DNA of 63,533 nt, the filler included, from Welwitschia mirabilis (taxonomy: Eukaryota), in NCBI GenBank assembly GCA_051453625.1. It is 7 parts of one record of this genome, joined end to end, with 100 filler letters (N's around TTAATTAATTAA, not from the genome) between each part and the next. Parts side by side here need not be neighbours in the genome. Positions count along the whole stretch, not along the records: positions 20,911 to 29,720 come from JBOZIK010000001.1; positions 29,821 to 43,298 come from JBOZIK010000001.1; 5 more parts are not named here. One strand, 5' to 3'. The translations under genes and the position numbers were made by a program. Each line of letters starts with the position of its first letter. Position 1 is the first letter of the stretch. This document shows, piece after piece, positions 26,151 through 39,089 of the stretch. A model generated the notes under the pieces. The model worked only from the letters and a program-made list of their open reading frames with translations. It made no database searches and was not told where the DNA came from.

Positions 26151-26159
26151 TATTTATAG
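26151..26159 (-). promoter_or_regulatory. Putative viral promoter TATA box (CTATAAATA)
   Basis: About 1.1 kb upstream of the MP ATG. An equivalent CTATAAAAG in similar context lies at 40320-40328 (minus) in locus B. Confidence 0.45.
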
Positions 26160-26849
26160 ACAAAAAAGAAAGGGAAACTGACAGAGAAGTAGAAGAGAAA
26201 CCTTAGCTAACATGCAAAGTAAAGTCGCAAAGAAGTGACGACAACTCAAGAAAACATTCGGTAAAAATATAAGNNNNNNNNNNNNNNNNNNNNNNNNNNN
26301 NNNNNNNNNNNNNNNNNNNNNNNNNNNNNNNNNNNNNNNNNNNNNNNNNNNNNNNNNNNNNNNNNNNNNNNNNNNNNNNNNNNNNNNNNNNNNNNNNNNN
26401 NNNNNNNNNNNNNNNNNNNNNNNNNNNNNNNNNNNNNNNNNNNNNNNNNNNNNNNNNNNNNNNNNNNNNNNNNNNNNNNNNNNNNNNNNNNNNNNNNNNN
26501 NNNNNNNNNNNNNNNNNNNNNNNNNNNNNNNNNNNNNNNNNNNNNNNNNNNNNNNNNNNNNNNNNNNNNNNNNNNNNNNNNNNNNNNNNNNNNNNNNNNN
26601 NNNNNNNNNNNNNNNNNNNNNNNNNNNNNNNNNNNNNNNNNNNNNNNNNNNNNNNNNNNNNNNNNNNNNNNNNNNNNNNNNNNNNNNNNNNNNNNNNNNN
26701 NNNNNNNNNNNNNNNNNNNNNNNNNNNNNNNNNNNNNNNNNNNNNNNNNNNNNNNNNNNNNNNNNNNNNNNNNNNNNNNNNNNNNNNNNNNNNNNNNNNN
26801 NNNNNNNNNNNNNNNNNNNNNNNNNNNNNNNNNNNNNNNNNNNNNNNNN

Positions 26850-29720
26850 AAAAATACCTGAAAAGAATCAGAAAAAATCGGTCGTCCAACCTGTCATCTA
26901 GATAATAATGGGGACAACAGGCTCCTTAAAAGATTTTCAAAATTAGAACCTATGACAAAAATCAAATATTTTATTAATTAAATTAAATAGCTCCTCACTG
27001 TGATAAATAGTTAGATAAAAGATAATCATGTAAAAATTAAGAAATCTTGTATCAGTAACTAGATTAAAAGGAGGATCTACAATAATGATCTCTTATAATC
27101 AAAAAAATTGAATCAGAAATATTGAAATTATGCGTGTCCTGCCCTCACTTAAAATATGCAATGCATCCCGAATTGCCTAAACAAATAAAAAGGGAAAGTA
27201 CTAAAGAAAAAGAAAAATGTGAAAATGAATGGAAAATAGGAGACATGAAAATAGAAGAAAGGCAAAGGAAAAATAGACACAAGGAACAAGAAGAAGAATG
27301 TTTACCTATTCTAAGTACTAATGTTATCAAACTCCAAAGGTAAACATCATAACATCACCTGAGTGCATATACATGATAAAATGTATTAACTCGATAAAGT
27401 TCATTTGAAAAGGCAGTGGTTATGACGATATCCAAGGTTTCAAGTGTGTAGAAAAATGAAGGTCAAAATCAAAAGTCACTTAGAAATGGACTCATCTATT
27501 TCTACCTACAAACACACCAAAATCTCCAAAAGTAAAATGATCAAGTGGGAATACTAAAAGTTGTATTTCATTTACCATGATGAGGGGAGTGCAACCACTA
27601 TCAGAGGAGTAAGGACTTGCGAAGCATGACTGACTAACCCCCCAGTGGAGTTTCCACAGTTACCATATTACACTGCCAAAGGCNNNNNNNNNNNNNNNNN
27701 NNNNNNNNNNNNNNNNNNNNNNNNNNNNNNNNNNNNNNNNNNNNNNNNNNNNNNNNNNNNNNNNNNNNNNNNNNNNNNNNNNNNNNNNNNNNNNNNNNNN
27801 NNNNNNNNNNNNNNNNNNNNNNNNNNNNNNNNNNNNNNNNNNNNNNNNNNNNNNNNNNNNNNNNNNNNNNNNNNNNNNNNNNNNNNNNNNNNNNNNNNNN
27901 NNNNNNNNNNNNNNNNNNNNNNNNNNNNNNNNNNNNNNNNNNNNNNNNNNNNNNNNNNNNNNNNNNNNNNNNNNNNNNNNNNNNNNNNNNNNNNNNNNNN
28001 NNNNNNNNNNNNNNNNNNNNNNNNNNNNNNNNNNNNNNNNNNNNNNNNNNNNNNNNNNNNNNNNNNNNNNNNNNNNNNNNNNNNNNNNNNNNNNNNNNNN
28101 NNNNNNNNNNNNNNNNNNNNNNNNNNNNNNNNNNNNNNNNNNNNNNNNNNNNNNNNNNNNNNNNNNNNNNNNNNNNNNNNNNNNNNNNNNNNNNNNNNNN
28201 NNNNNNNNNNNNNNNNNNNNNNNNNNNNNNNNNNNNNNNNNNNNNNNNNNNNNNNNNNNNNNNNNNNNNNNNNNNNNNNNNNNNNNNNNNNNNNNNNNNN
28301 NNNNNNNNNNNNNNNNNNNNNNNNNNNNNNNNNNNNNNNNNNNNNNNNNNNNNNNNNNNNNNNNNNNNNNNNNNNNNNNNNNNNNNNNNNNNNNNNNNNN
28401 NNNNNNNNNNNNNNNNNNNNNNNNNNNNNNNNNNNNNNNNNNNNNNNNNNNNNNNNNNNNNNNNNNNNNNNNNNNNNNNNNNNNNNNNNNNNNNNNNNAT
28501 GTTGACAAATATGTAAGGGCATAATATTAACACTGGTTCCTATATCTATCAAGGCTTTTTGAATTCTTCGGTTCCCCTCTAAAGTGACACTAACAGTTGT
28601 TGCACTTGGATCTTTAAATTTTGGACACTTCTTAGAAACTAAGTTATTAATAGATTGAGCTAAGAAGACTTTACTAAGGATAGTTTATTTTTGTTTTCTC
28701 CTTATTAGGTCTTTCCATAGCTTAGAGTATTTGGAGTTCTCTTGNNNNNNNNNNNNNNNNNNNNNNNNNNNNNNNNNNNNNNNNNNNNNNNNNNNNNNNN
28801 NNNNNNNNNNNNNNNNNNNNNNNTAAGACTATTAAGACATGAGGTAGTAGGTTTCTTTTGTTAAAATTTTTTCTTTTTGTTGATAAGTGAAGAAGGGAAG
28901 GAATGATTTTCTAGGATTTCTATGTCTTCTTCTTCATCATTTTTGTCATTGTGGGAAGTTGAGGCCTCATGATTAGGAGTTGTAATAGTTCCACTCCTTG
29001 TTACTACCTTACAATCTTTTCATATTTCATTAGGATTCGATAAGGGTTGAGTGGTAAGGATCCCTTGTGGTCTTTTGTTGGTAAGCATGGTTTATTGTAA
29101 GATGTTTACTAGATTTTTTATGTTTGCATTTATCTTCTCTTGAGTTTTTCTCAACTCCTAAATAGAATTTCTAAGGGGATCATTATGGTTTGGGGAGTTG
29201 GAAGGGCTTGCCAATTTATTTGGATAGTTGGATTAAAAGTTTTGATGTTCAAATCTNNNNNNNNNNNNNNNNNNNNNNNNNNNNNNNNNNNNNNNNNNNN
29301 NNNNNNNNNNNNNNNNNNNNNNNNNNNNNNNNNNNNNNNNNNNNNNNNNNNNNNNNCATACTTCATTAGGGTTCAGTAAGGGTTGAGTGGTAAGGATCCC
29401 TTGTGGTATTTGGTTAGTAAGCATGGTTTGTTGTAAGATGTTTACTAGATTTTTTATGTTTGCATTTGTCTTCTCTTAAGTTTTTCTCAACTCCTAAATA
29501 GAATTTCTAAGGGGATCACTATAGTTTTGGGAGTTGGAAGGGCTTGCCAATTTATTTGGATAATTGGATTGAAAGTTTTGATGTTCAAATCTATTTCGAA
29601 ATGTTTGAAAGTTAGGATAATGTGTTTGAAAATTGTGATTGGGGACTTATATTTGGTTATAATTTTGAGTGTAGTTGAAAGGTCCTTGGTTCAAAGCATG
29701 AACTTTTTTATAAATTCTCT
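26850..29720 (-). mobile_element. gag: Athila-like Gypsy gag-protease fragment and downstream internal region
   Basis: ALIDIGTSVNIMPLHIC (protease, ~28500-28560), CPKFKDPSATTVSV and QGILTTQPLLNPNE resemble the Athila motifs ALCDLGASINLMP, PPKLKDPG and GKLPSQPE.NP. Confidence 0.7.
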
Positions 29721-29820
29721 NNNNNNNNNNNNNNNNNNNNNNNNNNNNNNNNNNNNNNNNNNNNTTAATTAATTAANNNNNNNNNNNNNNNNNNNNNNNN
29801 NNNNNNNNNNNNNNNNNNNN

Positions 29821-30377
29821 TCATCCTTACTTGATAAACCAGTCAACCTTATGAAGGTAGATTCTAGATAGTATGTTATCACCTGTAACTAAATTGGTCA
29901 ATCACCCTTACTGTCAAGAGATTAAACTTTTACAGATTATTGTATAGTCGCCCGTGTCTACTTGTATGATTCCCCTTACTGTCAAGAGACTAAAATTTCA
30001 TAGATTGTCATGCAATCACCATTGTCTAACTATGTGGTCGCCCTTATTGTTATGAGACTGAACTTAGCAGATTATAATACAGTCGCCCTTGATTTTATGA
30101 GTGATCACTCACATTTGCCCTAGTCTTTTGTAGAATTTTAACTGGGTCACCCAAAAAAATTTGCATGATGGCCTGTGCTAGAACCAATTTTCTTTCTAAT
30201 TTAGTAGTTTGATCACTCAGTAGATTAGTATTAGTTTTTTGATCCTAAAGTAGTTTATTGTTCTTAGCAAGTCAGTCACCTGAAGGTATGAATCAGTCAT
30301 CTAGTGCTAGAAAATCTTTGCATAATAACTAACTACAAAAACTCATTAAATTAATCAATAACAATATGTTCTCAACA
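29821..30377 (-). repeat. Sirevirus 3' LTR (partial)
   Basis: Preceded on the minus strand by the PPT caaaggggaagtt. Has internal ~65-bp degenerate tandem units with ggtcgccc/ggtcaccc motifs. Confidence 0.85.
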
Positions 30378-30699
30378 AACTTCCCCTTTGTCATTGATTA
30401 AGGAAACATAATAATTGGACATGTGGGTCTCCCTCTAAATCAATTAAATTCCTAATCGATTAAATTTATATGAGTTTTGCATGAAAGAAAATTTAGTAAA
30501 GATCAGAGATATTTTCATAAAGATAAAAGACTTTTTGTATTAATCAAAAAAGTTTAATTACAACATGTGAAGTGTATTTTCCTTTAATGCTCAAAAGAGA
30601 TAACATAAGTACAATTTGTTCTCCTCCTTTTTGACGACATTAAGAATAGGGAGGACAAGGAAAACTAGGGAAAAAAACATAAGATTCAATTGGACTCAA

Positions 30700-31950
30700 A
30701 GGATTCAAAAGACTGTGCATCCTCAATTTAAGATGTATCAGCCACTGAAGTACCACTCGCAATGAGAGCTTCTTTGATGTGACATGTACGAGAGTCAATA
30801 CGGCATAAAAGGTAAAGGATATCTAGATTTCGAGAGGCCTTGATCTTAGGCCTAGACAGAGCTATAGGTTCTTTAAAAATATGCATCCTAAAGAGAGTGG
30901 TACATTCAATAAGCATCATGGAATTCTAAATCTCCTGCCAAGCAAGATGAGGAATGTTAGAGTGACGACAGATCTGAGTGATGAGAAAAGGATATGATAG
31001 GGCATACCTCTTATGAGGTTGAAGCTAGTTGGCCATGCACTTGAGAACGATACTAGGAGCATTAATGTCTCATATCTGATCCAACGAGTAAAGAAGAAAG
31101 ATCCAATAGTTTGAGAGCTCATCTCTGTGCTCAACAACTAGCAGGAAGTTATATGACATAATCAAGTGCAAGAGATGAAACTTAGAAAGAAGCTGGGAAG
31201 CTTTGAGAGTTTTCTTCTAGGTAACCAGAGTGCCACACACATGTTGAGTGGCAATATCCTTTTCTTCAAAGGACTCAAACATGGACCAATATTCTCCCCA
31301 GTTTTCTTACGGTAGCCTAGTGAGGGAAGTTATGAGATCAGCAGTGATGTGAATTTTATGGCAAAAAATAAAAATAATAAATGTGGAATGGGCAACATCA
31401 AATCTAGCATTTGAGTAGAATAACCTAGTGATAAGAGGATAACATGCCTGACACATGGAGAAAATAACTCCAGTTTGCTTCTCCCAGTAGAGTTTGGACC
31501 TTCCTTAGGCTGAGAANNNNNNNNNNNNNNNNNNNNNNNNNNNNNNNNNNNNNNNNNNNNNNNNNNNNNNNNNNNNNNNNNNNNNNNNNNNNNNNNNNNN
31601 NNNNNNNNNNNNNNNNTCTAGCATTTGAGTAGAATAACCTAGTGATAAGAGGATAACATGCCTGACACATGAAGAAAATAACTCTAGTTTACTTCTTCTA
31701 GTAGAGTTTGGACCTTCCTCAGCTTGAGAAATTGAATAGGTTTACAGGTCCTTTCCAAAGAAATGGGGCTAGACTCAAAATGCTTCTCAAAGTGAGTGAG
31801 TTACTCACTGTTCATTCTGAAAAAGACATAACTTATGGGTTTGACAACAACCTTCTTTCTTCTCTTCTTGGAACCTTGTCCTGACTGCTGAGAAGCCATT
31901 TGAAAGTTATATATGAGAAAAAAACATGAAAAAAAGTGAAGAGAGGCCCC
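30700..31950 (-). pseudogene. Sirevirus env-like/extra 3' ORF (frameshifted)
   Basis: Fragments IMSYNFLL, RGMPYHILFS and DILYLLCRIDSRTCHIKEALIASGTSVADTS match the 18280-19450 ORF. Lies between RNase H and the PPTs. Confidence 0.7.
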
Positions 31951-32499
31951 ACAGGAGTTAAAAAAAACAATAGAAGAAGGATATAAAAGTGAAGTAGGAG
32001 AAAAGGGTAGGTGAATTTTAAAAATCTGCGGTGCACCACCTTAAACTAGGTGACTGATTCTCGAGGTTGTTCAACCCATGTAAAGTTTTAAAAATTGGAA
32101 AAGTAAGATGATGATTAACCTTAAATAAATAGGTGGATGATATTATGAGATGAGGATTTAATAGGAGAAACTGAGTTAAAGTAGGTCGATCTAATAAATG
32201 ATTACAGTCAACCTGATATAACCAAAATCGGGCCTCAAGGAAGTTGACCTGAGAAAATTTAACGATCAACCCAATGATTAGAAGATTTGATAGAAAAACT
32301 AAAATAATCTAGTGAACCCAATGATATGGTTTGGTCAACCCAGTAAAGGGAAAAATCTAACAGTAAGAATCCGAAAGATGAGTGGTTACCCTACTTGATG
32401 AAGGAGGTTGACCGAGGTTCAAACTTATATTACAAAGAAAGGTTTGAACCCTTCAACTAAACTCTATTATTCAGATGAGGCTGGGTTTTTCAAGTTTAT

Positions 32500-35390
32500 T
32501 TCAGACTTGACACCCAGAAGGTAACAAAGAGTAGTAAATCAACCAGATGATAAAGATTTTGTAAAAATATTTGCCAATTGATCTTCAGTACAAACATATT
32601 CTAAGGTAATAATTTTCTTTTTTACCAATTATATGATAAAATGATACCTGATATCGATGTGCTTAGTGTGAGTATGTTGAACTAGATTATGAATGATTTG
32701 AATAACACTTGCATTGTTGTATAAAATAAGAACTTCTATGATGTTTAGGCCATAATCCTTTAAGGTTTCTTTCATCCACAAAGTTTGAGTGCAACAGGAT
32801 CCAGCAACTATGTACTCAGCTTCGACTAGAGAGAGAGATATGGAGTATTATTTTTTACTATACTAGGTGGTGAGACAATTTTCAAAGAAGAAACATCCAT
32901 CACTTGTACTCTTTCAATCATCTTTGCATCCCATCTAATCCGCATCACTATAACCTATTAAGCTTAAGAAAGTATTATTTGAAAATCATAAACCAAAATC
33001 AAGATTACCTTTTACATAGAAAAGTATTCTCTTTGCAGTAGTAAGATAAGATTCATTTTGTTTCCTTTGATACCTAGCACACAATCCAACACTAAATGCT
33101 ATATTAAGATGACTAGCCATTAGATATAATAGACTTCTTATGATACTATAATATAATTTTTGATTCATATCTTTATCATCTTCATCAAGAGAAAGTTTAA
33201 CATTCATGTCCATTGGNNNNNNNNNNNNNNNNNNNNNNNNNNNNNNNNNNNNNNNNNNNNNNNNNNNNNNNNNNNNNNNNNNNNNNNNNNNNNNNNNNNN
33301 NNNNNNNNNNNNNNNNTATTTCCTTTGATACCTAGCACATAATCCAATACTAAATGCTATATTGAGATGACTAGCCATTAGATATAATAGACTTCTTATG
33401 ATACTATAATATAATTTTTGATCCATATCTTTACCATCTTCATCAAGAGAAAGTTTAACATTCATGGCCATTGGAGAGCCCAACATTTTGCATTCTCAAA
33501 TTTGAATTTTTTGATTAAATTTAAAGAGTATTTCTTTTGACTTATGAAAATACCATCTTCATGTTGTTGAATTTATAGGCCTAAAAACATGTTAGCTGGT
33601 CCAACCATGCTCATTTCAAACTCAGAACTCATTGTACTTGCAAAACTGTTTAATAATTTTTCATTTGTTGACCCAAAAATAATGTCATCCACATAGATTT
33701 GAATCAAAATTAAATCATTATTCAAAACTTTTCTAAATAAAGTTCTATCAATGAAGCCTCTAGAAAAACCATGCTAGAGTAAGAAGGAGAAAGCTTTTCA
33801 TACCAACCTCTGGGAGCTTGTTTCGACCCATACAAATCCTTATTAAGTTTATACACATAATTAGGTTTATGAGGATCAAAGAAGCCTTAAGGTTGTTTTA
33901 CATAAACTTCTTCTTCAATGTATGCATTTAGAGAAGAACTCTTTACATCCATTTAAAAGACTTTCATTTTTTTATAGCAAGTAAAGGCTAGAAACATCCT
34001 TACTAATTCTAATCTAGCAATAGGAGCAAAAGTATCCCCACAAACTATCTCTTTTATTTGAGAGTACCATTGAGCCACAAGTATTACTTTATTCTTAGTG
34101 ATTTCATTCTTCTCATTTAACTTTTTTTTAAAAATCCATTTTATGCCTATGATATTTTTCCCAATTAGTTATGAAACAAGNNNNNNNNNNNNNNNNNNNN
34201 NNNNNNNNNNNNNNNNNNNNNNNNNNNNNNNNNNNNNNNNNNNNNNNNNNNNNNNNNNNNNNNNNNNNNNNNNNNNNNNNNNNNNNNNNNNNNNNNNNNN
34301 NNNNNNNNNNNNNNNNNNNNNNNNNNNNNNNNNNNNNNNNNNNNNNNNNNNNNNNNNNNNNNNNNNNNNNNNNNNNNNNNNNNNNNNNNNNNNNNNNNNN
34401 NNNNNNNNNNNNNNNNNNNNNNNNNNNNNNNNNNNNNNNNNNNNNNNNNNNNNNNNNNNNNNNNNNNNNNNNNNNNNNNNNNNNNNNNNNNNNNNNNNNN
34501 NNNNNNNNNNNNNNNNNNNNNNNNNNNNNNNNNNNNNNNNNNNNNNNNNNNNNNNNNNNNNNNNNNNNNNNNNNNNNNNNNNNNNNNNNNNNNNNNNNNN
34601 NNNNNNNNNNNNNNNNNNNNNNNNNNNNNNNNNNNNNNNNNNNNNNNNNNNNNNNNNNNNNNNNNNNNNNNNNNNNNNNNNNNNNNNNNNNNNNNNNNNN
34701 NNNNNNNNNNNNNNNNNNNNNNNNNNNNNNNNNNNNNNNNNNNNNNNNNNNNNNNNNNNNNNNNNNNNNNNNNNNNNNNNNNNNNNNNNNNNNNNNNNNN
34801 NNNNNNNNNNNNNNNNNNNNNNNNNNNNNNNNNNNNNNNNNNNNNNNNNNNNNNNNNNNNNNNNNNNNNNNNNNNNNNNNNNNNNNNNNNNNNNNNNNNN
34901 NNNNNNNNNNNNNNNNNNNNNNNNGTCTCTACCATGATTACTTTAAATTTTGTTAATTACATACTCCTTTTCAGTTTGGCGTTTCTTGCAAATTCTAATA
35001 AAATTTTCATATGCATCAGATTTTGCATGAAGAAAATCTATGCACAAAAATGTATAAAAATCATTAACCATAATAAGAAAACATCTTTTTCTAGATAGAC
35101 TTGCTATTTAAATAGGCCCAATCAAATCCATATGAATTAAATCTAATGGTTTGCTAGTGGTAACATTGCTAATTCTTTTATGAGATGTTCTGGTTTGTTC
35201 TCCTTTTTGGCATGAGTCACATAAATCTTTATGAGAGAAAGAGATTTTTGGAAGATCCCTGACTATCTCATCATGACATATTTTCTTCAAAGTATCAAAA
35301 CTAATATGACCTAAACGTTGATTCCAGATAACATCTTCTTGAGTATGAAAAGAGAGATAAGTAGAATTATTAGATTGATTTATGCAATNN
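32500..35390 (-). pseudogene. pol: Copia pol: integrase, reverse transcriptase, RNase H (decayed, gapped)
   Basis: CDSCQKGEQ and PLDLIHMDLIGP (GAG-pre/integrase); IQIYVDDIIFGSTN (RT); SLLYLMASHLNIAFSVGLCARYQ; HTKHIDIRYHFI and QLANIFTKSL (RNase H). Confidence 0.92.
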
Positions 35391-35884
35391 NNNNNNNNNN
35401 NNNNNNNNNNNNNNNNNNNNNNNNNNNNNNNNNNNNNNNNNNNNNNNNNNNNNNNNNNNNNNNNNNNNNNNNNNNNNNNNNNNNNNNNNNNNNNNNNNNN
35501 NNNNNNNNNNNNNNNNNNNNNNNNNNNNNNNNNNNNNNNNNNNNNNNNNNNNNNNNNNNNNNNNNNNNNNNNNNNNNNNNNNNNNNNNNNNNNNNNNNNN
35601 NNNNNNNNNNNNNNNNNNNNNNNNNNNNNNNNNNNNNNNNNNNNNNNNNNNNNNNNNNNNNNNNNNNNNNNNNNNNNNNNNNNNNNNNNNNNNNNNNNNN
35701 NNNNNNNNNNNNNNNNNNNNNNNNNNNNNNNNNNNNNNNNNNNNNNNNNNNNNNNNNNNNNNNNNNNNNNNNNNNNNNNNNNNNNNNNNNNNNNNNNNNN
35801 NNNNNNNNNNNNNNNNNNNNNNNNNNNNNNNNNNNNNNNNNNNNNNNNNNNNNNNNNNNNNNNNNNNNNNNNNNNNNNNNNNNA

Positions 35885-37206
35885 GGGTATTTAGAGTTTA
35901 ATTTAGATAAAGGTTTGAGATATAAACAATGATAAAAATGAATCATGCTAGGGAAAAAACTACTAGACACAATTCCTTTAAGCATAGAGGAATTTAAGGC
36001 AAGGTTATTCTTCAAATCTCTTATTTCCTTTTCTCTAGTCTCAAGCTTATCTACTAGATTTTTATTTTCTTTCCTCATATTGTTTATTCTACAAGCTAGA
36101 TTTTGACATTCCATATACATTTTTATCTTTATTTCATTTAGTGAATCATTATTAAAAATAGAATCAATGATAGGTGAGGAGTATATTTTTTCATCTATTA
36201 GGGTCATGAGAGATATTCCACCTCACTTTGAATATGAGTTCTATTCACTCTTACTCTCTTCATTGTCCTATATTACTGATAAGACTTTCTTTCCTTTTTT
36301 TTATCATCCTTCTTGTTGTTTGGGTAGACACTTAATATGTTGCCAAAACCCTTACAGGAATAGAAATGAATCTCTCATCACCCTTCCTCTTTTCTTTTTG
36401 GTGGTCTTCGAGATTGACCTTTAGTTTGATGTCACTGCATGAAGCATCTAAATCTTTTGGGTAGAAGAGCTACTTTATCATTCTAGTTCTTGGTTAGATC
36501 CATCCTTGATTTTCAGAATTTTATGAGTGGTTGTTAAAGCCGCACTTTTATTCTTTTGTTTTACAAACTTGAGTTCAAATATTTGTAGGTTCCTTTGGAG
36601 TTCATCCATCCTCATGATATTCAGGTCCTTGCTTTTTTTAATGGCAGTTACTTTGGATTTGAATCTTTTGGGCAGAGATCTTAATGCTTTGTGAACTAAC
36701 CTTGATTTCTTGATAATTTCACCTAAGCCACACATAGAATTAACAATATCTGTTAGTTTTGCAAAGAAATAATTAATACCTTCATCATCTTTTATCTTGA
36801 GATTCTCAAACTAAGNNNNNNNNNNNNNNNNNNNNNNNNNNNNNNNNNNNNNNNNNNNNNNNTGAGCGGTCTCCAAGATGTCTCATGCTTCTTTTGGAAT
36901 GGTGCAATTTACTACTCTTTTAAAGTCTTCAGGACCTATGGCACATAAAATGGCATTCAGTCCTTTGAAGTTGCAAGTTGCTACTAATTTTTTGTGAGGT
37001 GTCCATTTGTCCTTACTCTTTAGAGTAGTTAACTTGGTTACAGAATCCTGCACAGTGGGAAGATAATATTCATTAGTATTAGACTCCCATTTTTCAAGGT
37101 GTATGGATTGAACAAAGATCCTCATTTTTACCTTCCAATAATCATAGTTGGTTCTATCAAAAAAGGAAGGCCTTGTGATAGAATTTCCTTCTGTGGACTA
37201 CCTCAT
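35885..37206 (-). pseudogene. gag: Copia gag (decayed)
   Basis: RPSFFDRTNYDYWKVKMRIFVQSI, and KALRSLPKRFKSKVTAIKKSKDLNIMRMDELQRNLQIFE (UBN2-type gag). Confidence 0.9.
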
Positions 37207-37278
37207 TTTTTAGGGTTGATTGAAGCAGAGATCTATTAGGATCTGTTGCTCAACTCACTTTGATACTAATTAATAATT

Positions 37279-39089
37279 AAGGATCAATCCTAAAGGGGAG
37301 TGAATAGATCTTAGTACCAATATTTGTCTTCTTCAAAATCTGAAAATAAAACAAACAAATGTACAAACACAAGTGCATGATATTTTAATGATGGATAGAT
37401 ACCACCCTTTAGCCCCTTAGACCTCCTATCCCTAGCTGACATATATTAACTTCAAAGATTGATTTTTATGCTTACCAAAAACCTATTCCAACATTAGAGG
37501 ATTTTAGGACTAATCCTTAATCATAAAAAAAGAAAGTAAGCTATTTGCACAGATGTACAAATATGATTCCAAATTGTACAATAATATCTCCAATAGATAA
37601 TGCAACGAGCTCCTCAAAAAGAAATCTGAACTCACAATTCATTCAGAAACAATAATTGATTGGTATAATAGTTTTCTTCTTGTGTTTATTTGTGTAATAA
37701 AAAAGGCATCTTCCTTTTGATTGGAAGAAAGCTTAAATNNNNNNNNNNNNNNNNNNNNNNNNNNNNNNNNNNNNNNNNNNNNNNNNNNNNNNNNNNNNNN
37801 NNNNNNNNNNNNNNNNNNNNNNNNNNNNNNNNNNNNNNAGGATCAATCCTAGAGGGAAGTGAATAGATCTTAGTACCAATATTCGTCTTCTTCAAAATCT
37901 GTAAATAAAACAAACAAATGTACAAACATAAGTGCAAGATATTTTGATGATGGATAGACACCACCCTTTAGCCCCTTAGACCTCCTATCCCTGGCTGGCA
38001 TATATTAACTTTAAAGATTGATTTTTATGCTTACCAAAAATCTATTCCAACATTAGAGGATTTTAGAACTAATCCTCAATCATAAAAAAAAGAAATCAAG
38101 CTATTTGCACAGATGCACAAATATGCTTCCAAATTGTACAATAATATCTCCAATAGATAATGCAAAGAGATCCTCAAAAAGAAATCTGAACTCACAGTTC
38201 ATTTAGAAACAATAATTGATTAGTGTAACAGTTTTCTTCTTATGTTCATTTATGTGATAAAAAAGGCATCTTTATTTTGATTGGAAGGAAGCTTAAATAA
38301 AGAAAGTACGCAAGGTAATCATNNNNNNNNNNGCTTTTTAGATGAACTGTTAGAAACATAATGGTTATATTTGTAATATGTAAGATAGACTCAAAAATAA
38401 TCTCAGTCGTCCTAGTATCTAGTTGCCCTTCTTTCTTTACTTCGGTCGCTCTTATTTGCGATAGATTTCTTAGTATGGATCAGATGAACATTTAGTGATC
38501 CTTATGTGAATATGTTGTCGATCTTGTTTCAGTCACCCTTACTTGATAAACTGGTCGACCTTATGAAGGTAGATTCTAGACAATATGCGGTCACCTGTAG
38601 TTATGTTGATCAGTCACCCTTACTTTCAAGAGACTGAACTTTCATAGATTGTTGTATGGTCACACGTGTCTACTGTGCGGTGGCCCTTATTGTTAAGAGA
38701 CTGAACTTTTATAGATTATTGTATGGTCGCCCTTATCTAACTATGCGGTCACCCTTACCATCATGAAACTGAACTCAGTAGATTGTAATGTAGTCACCCT
38801 TGACTTTGTGAGTAGTCGTCCACATTTGCCTCATTCTTTTATAGAATTTTAGACTAGGTCGCTTAAAGAAATTTGCATGATTGCCCATGCTAGAAACAAT
38901 CTTCTTTCTGATTTAGCAGTCCAATCACTTGATAAATTAGTATCAATCATCCAATCCTAAAATAGTTTATCGTTCTTAATAGATTGGTTATCCAAAGGTG
39001 TGAATCGGTCGCCTAATGCTAGAAAATATCTACATAATGACTAACTTAAAAAACTTATTAAATTAATCAATGACAATAGGTTCTTGATA
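37279..39089 (-). repeat. Sirevirus 5' LTR (length inflated by gap-flanking duplication)
   Basis: Adjacent to the decayed iMet PBS ctttgatacta. 37279-37738 is duplicated at 37839-38300 across a gap. Confidence 0.85.

Larger units (their letters stand above)
21944..26270 (-). mobile_element. Endogenous pararetrovirus (Caulimoviridae) locus A: leader, movement protein, capsid, protease
   Basis: Decayed minus-strand frame with MP, capsid and aspartic protease motifs in viral order (see sub-features). TATA at 26151-26159. Truncated on the left by the Sirevirus LTR ending at 21943. Confidence 0.85.
29821..39089 (-). mobile_element. Near full-length decayed Sirevirus (Ty1/Copia) element
   Basis: 5' LTR ~37279-39089, PBS 37258-37269, gag, integrase, RT, RNase H, env-like ORF, multiple PPTs (~30380, ~30430, ~30620) and 3' LTR 29821-30377 (starts TGTTGAGAAC, cut by a spacer). 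The 3' LTR aligns to 38533-39089 with many transitions. Confidence 0.92.

Noticed and set aside
25073-26270. tRNA-Met primer-binding site of the pararetrovirus
   Set aside because: Expected in the leader, but I found no convincing TGGTATCAGAGC match in either locus, so it is not annotated.
27122-27343. Lys/Glu-rich 73-aa ORF
   Set aside because: A purine-rich non-coding stretch of the Athila-like internal region.
32986-33486. Internal domain duplication in the Copia RT
   Set aside because: The repeated peptide flanks a ~100-N gap and is best explained as contig overlap.
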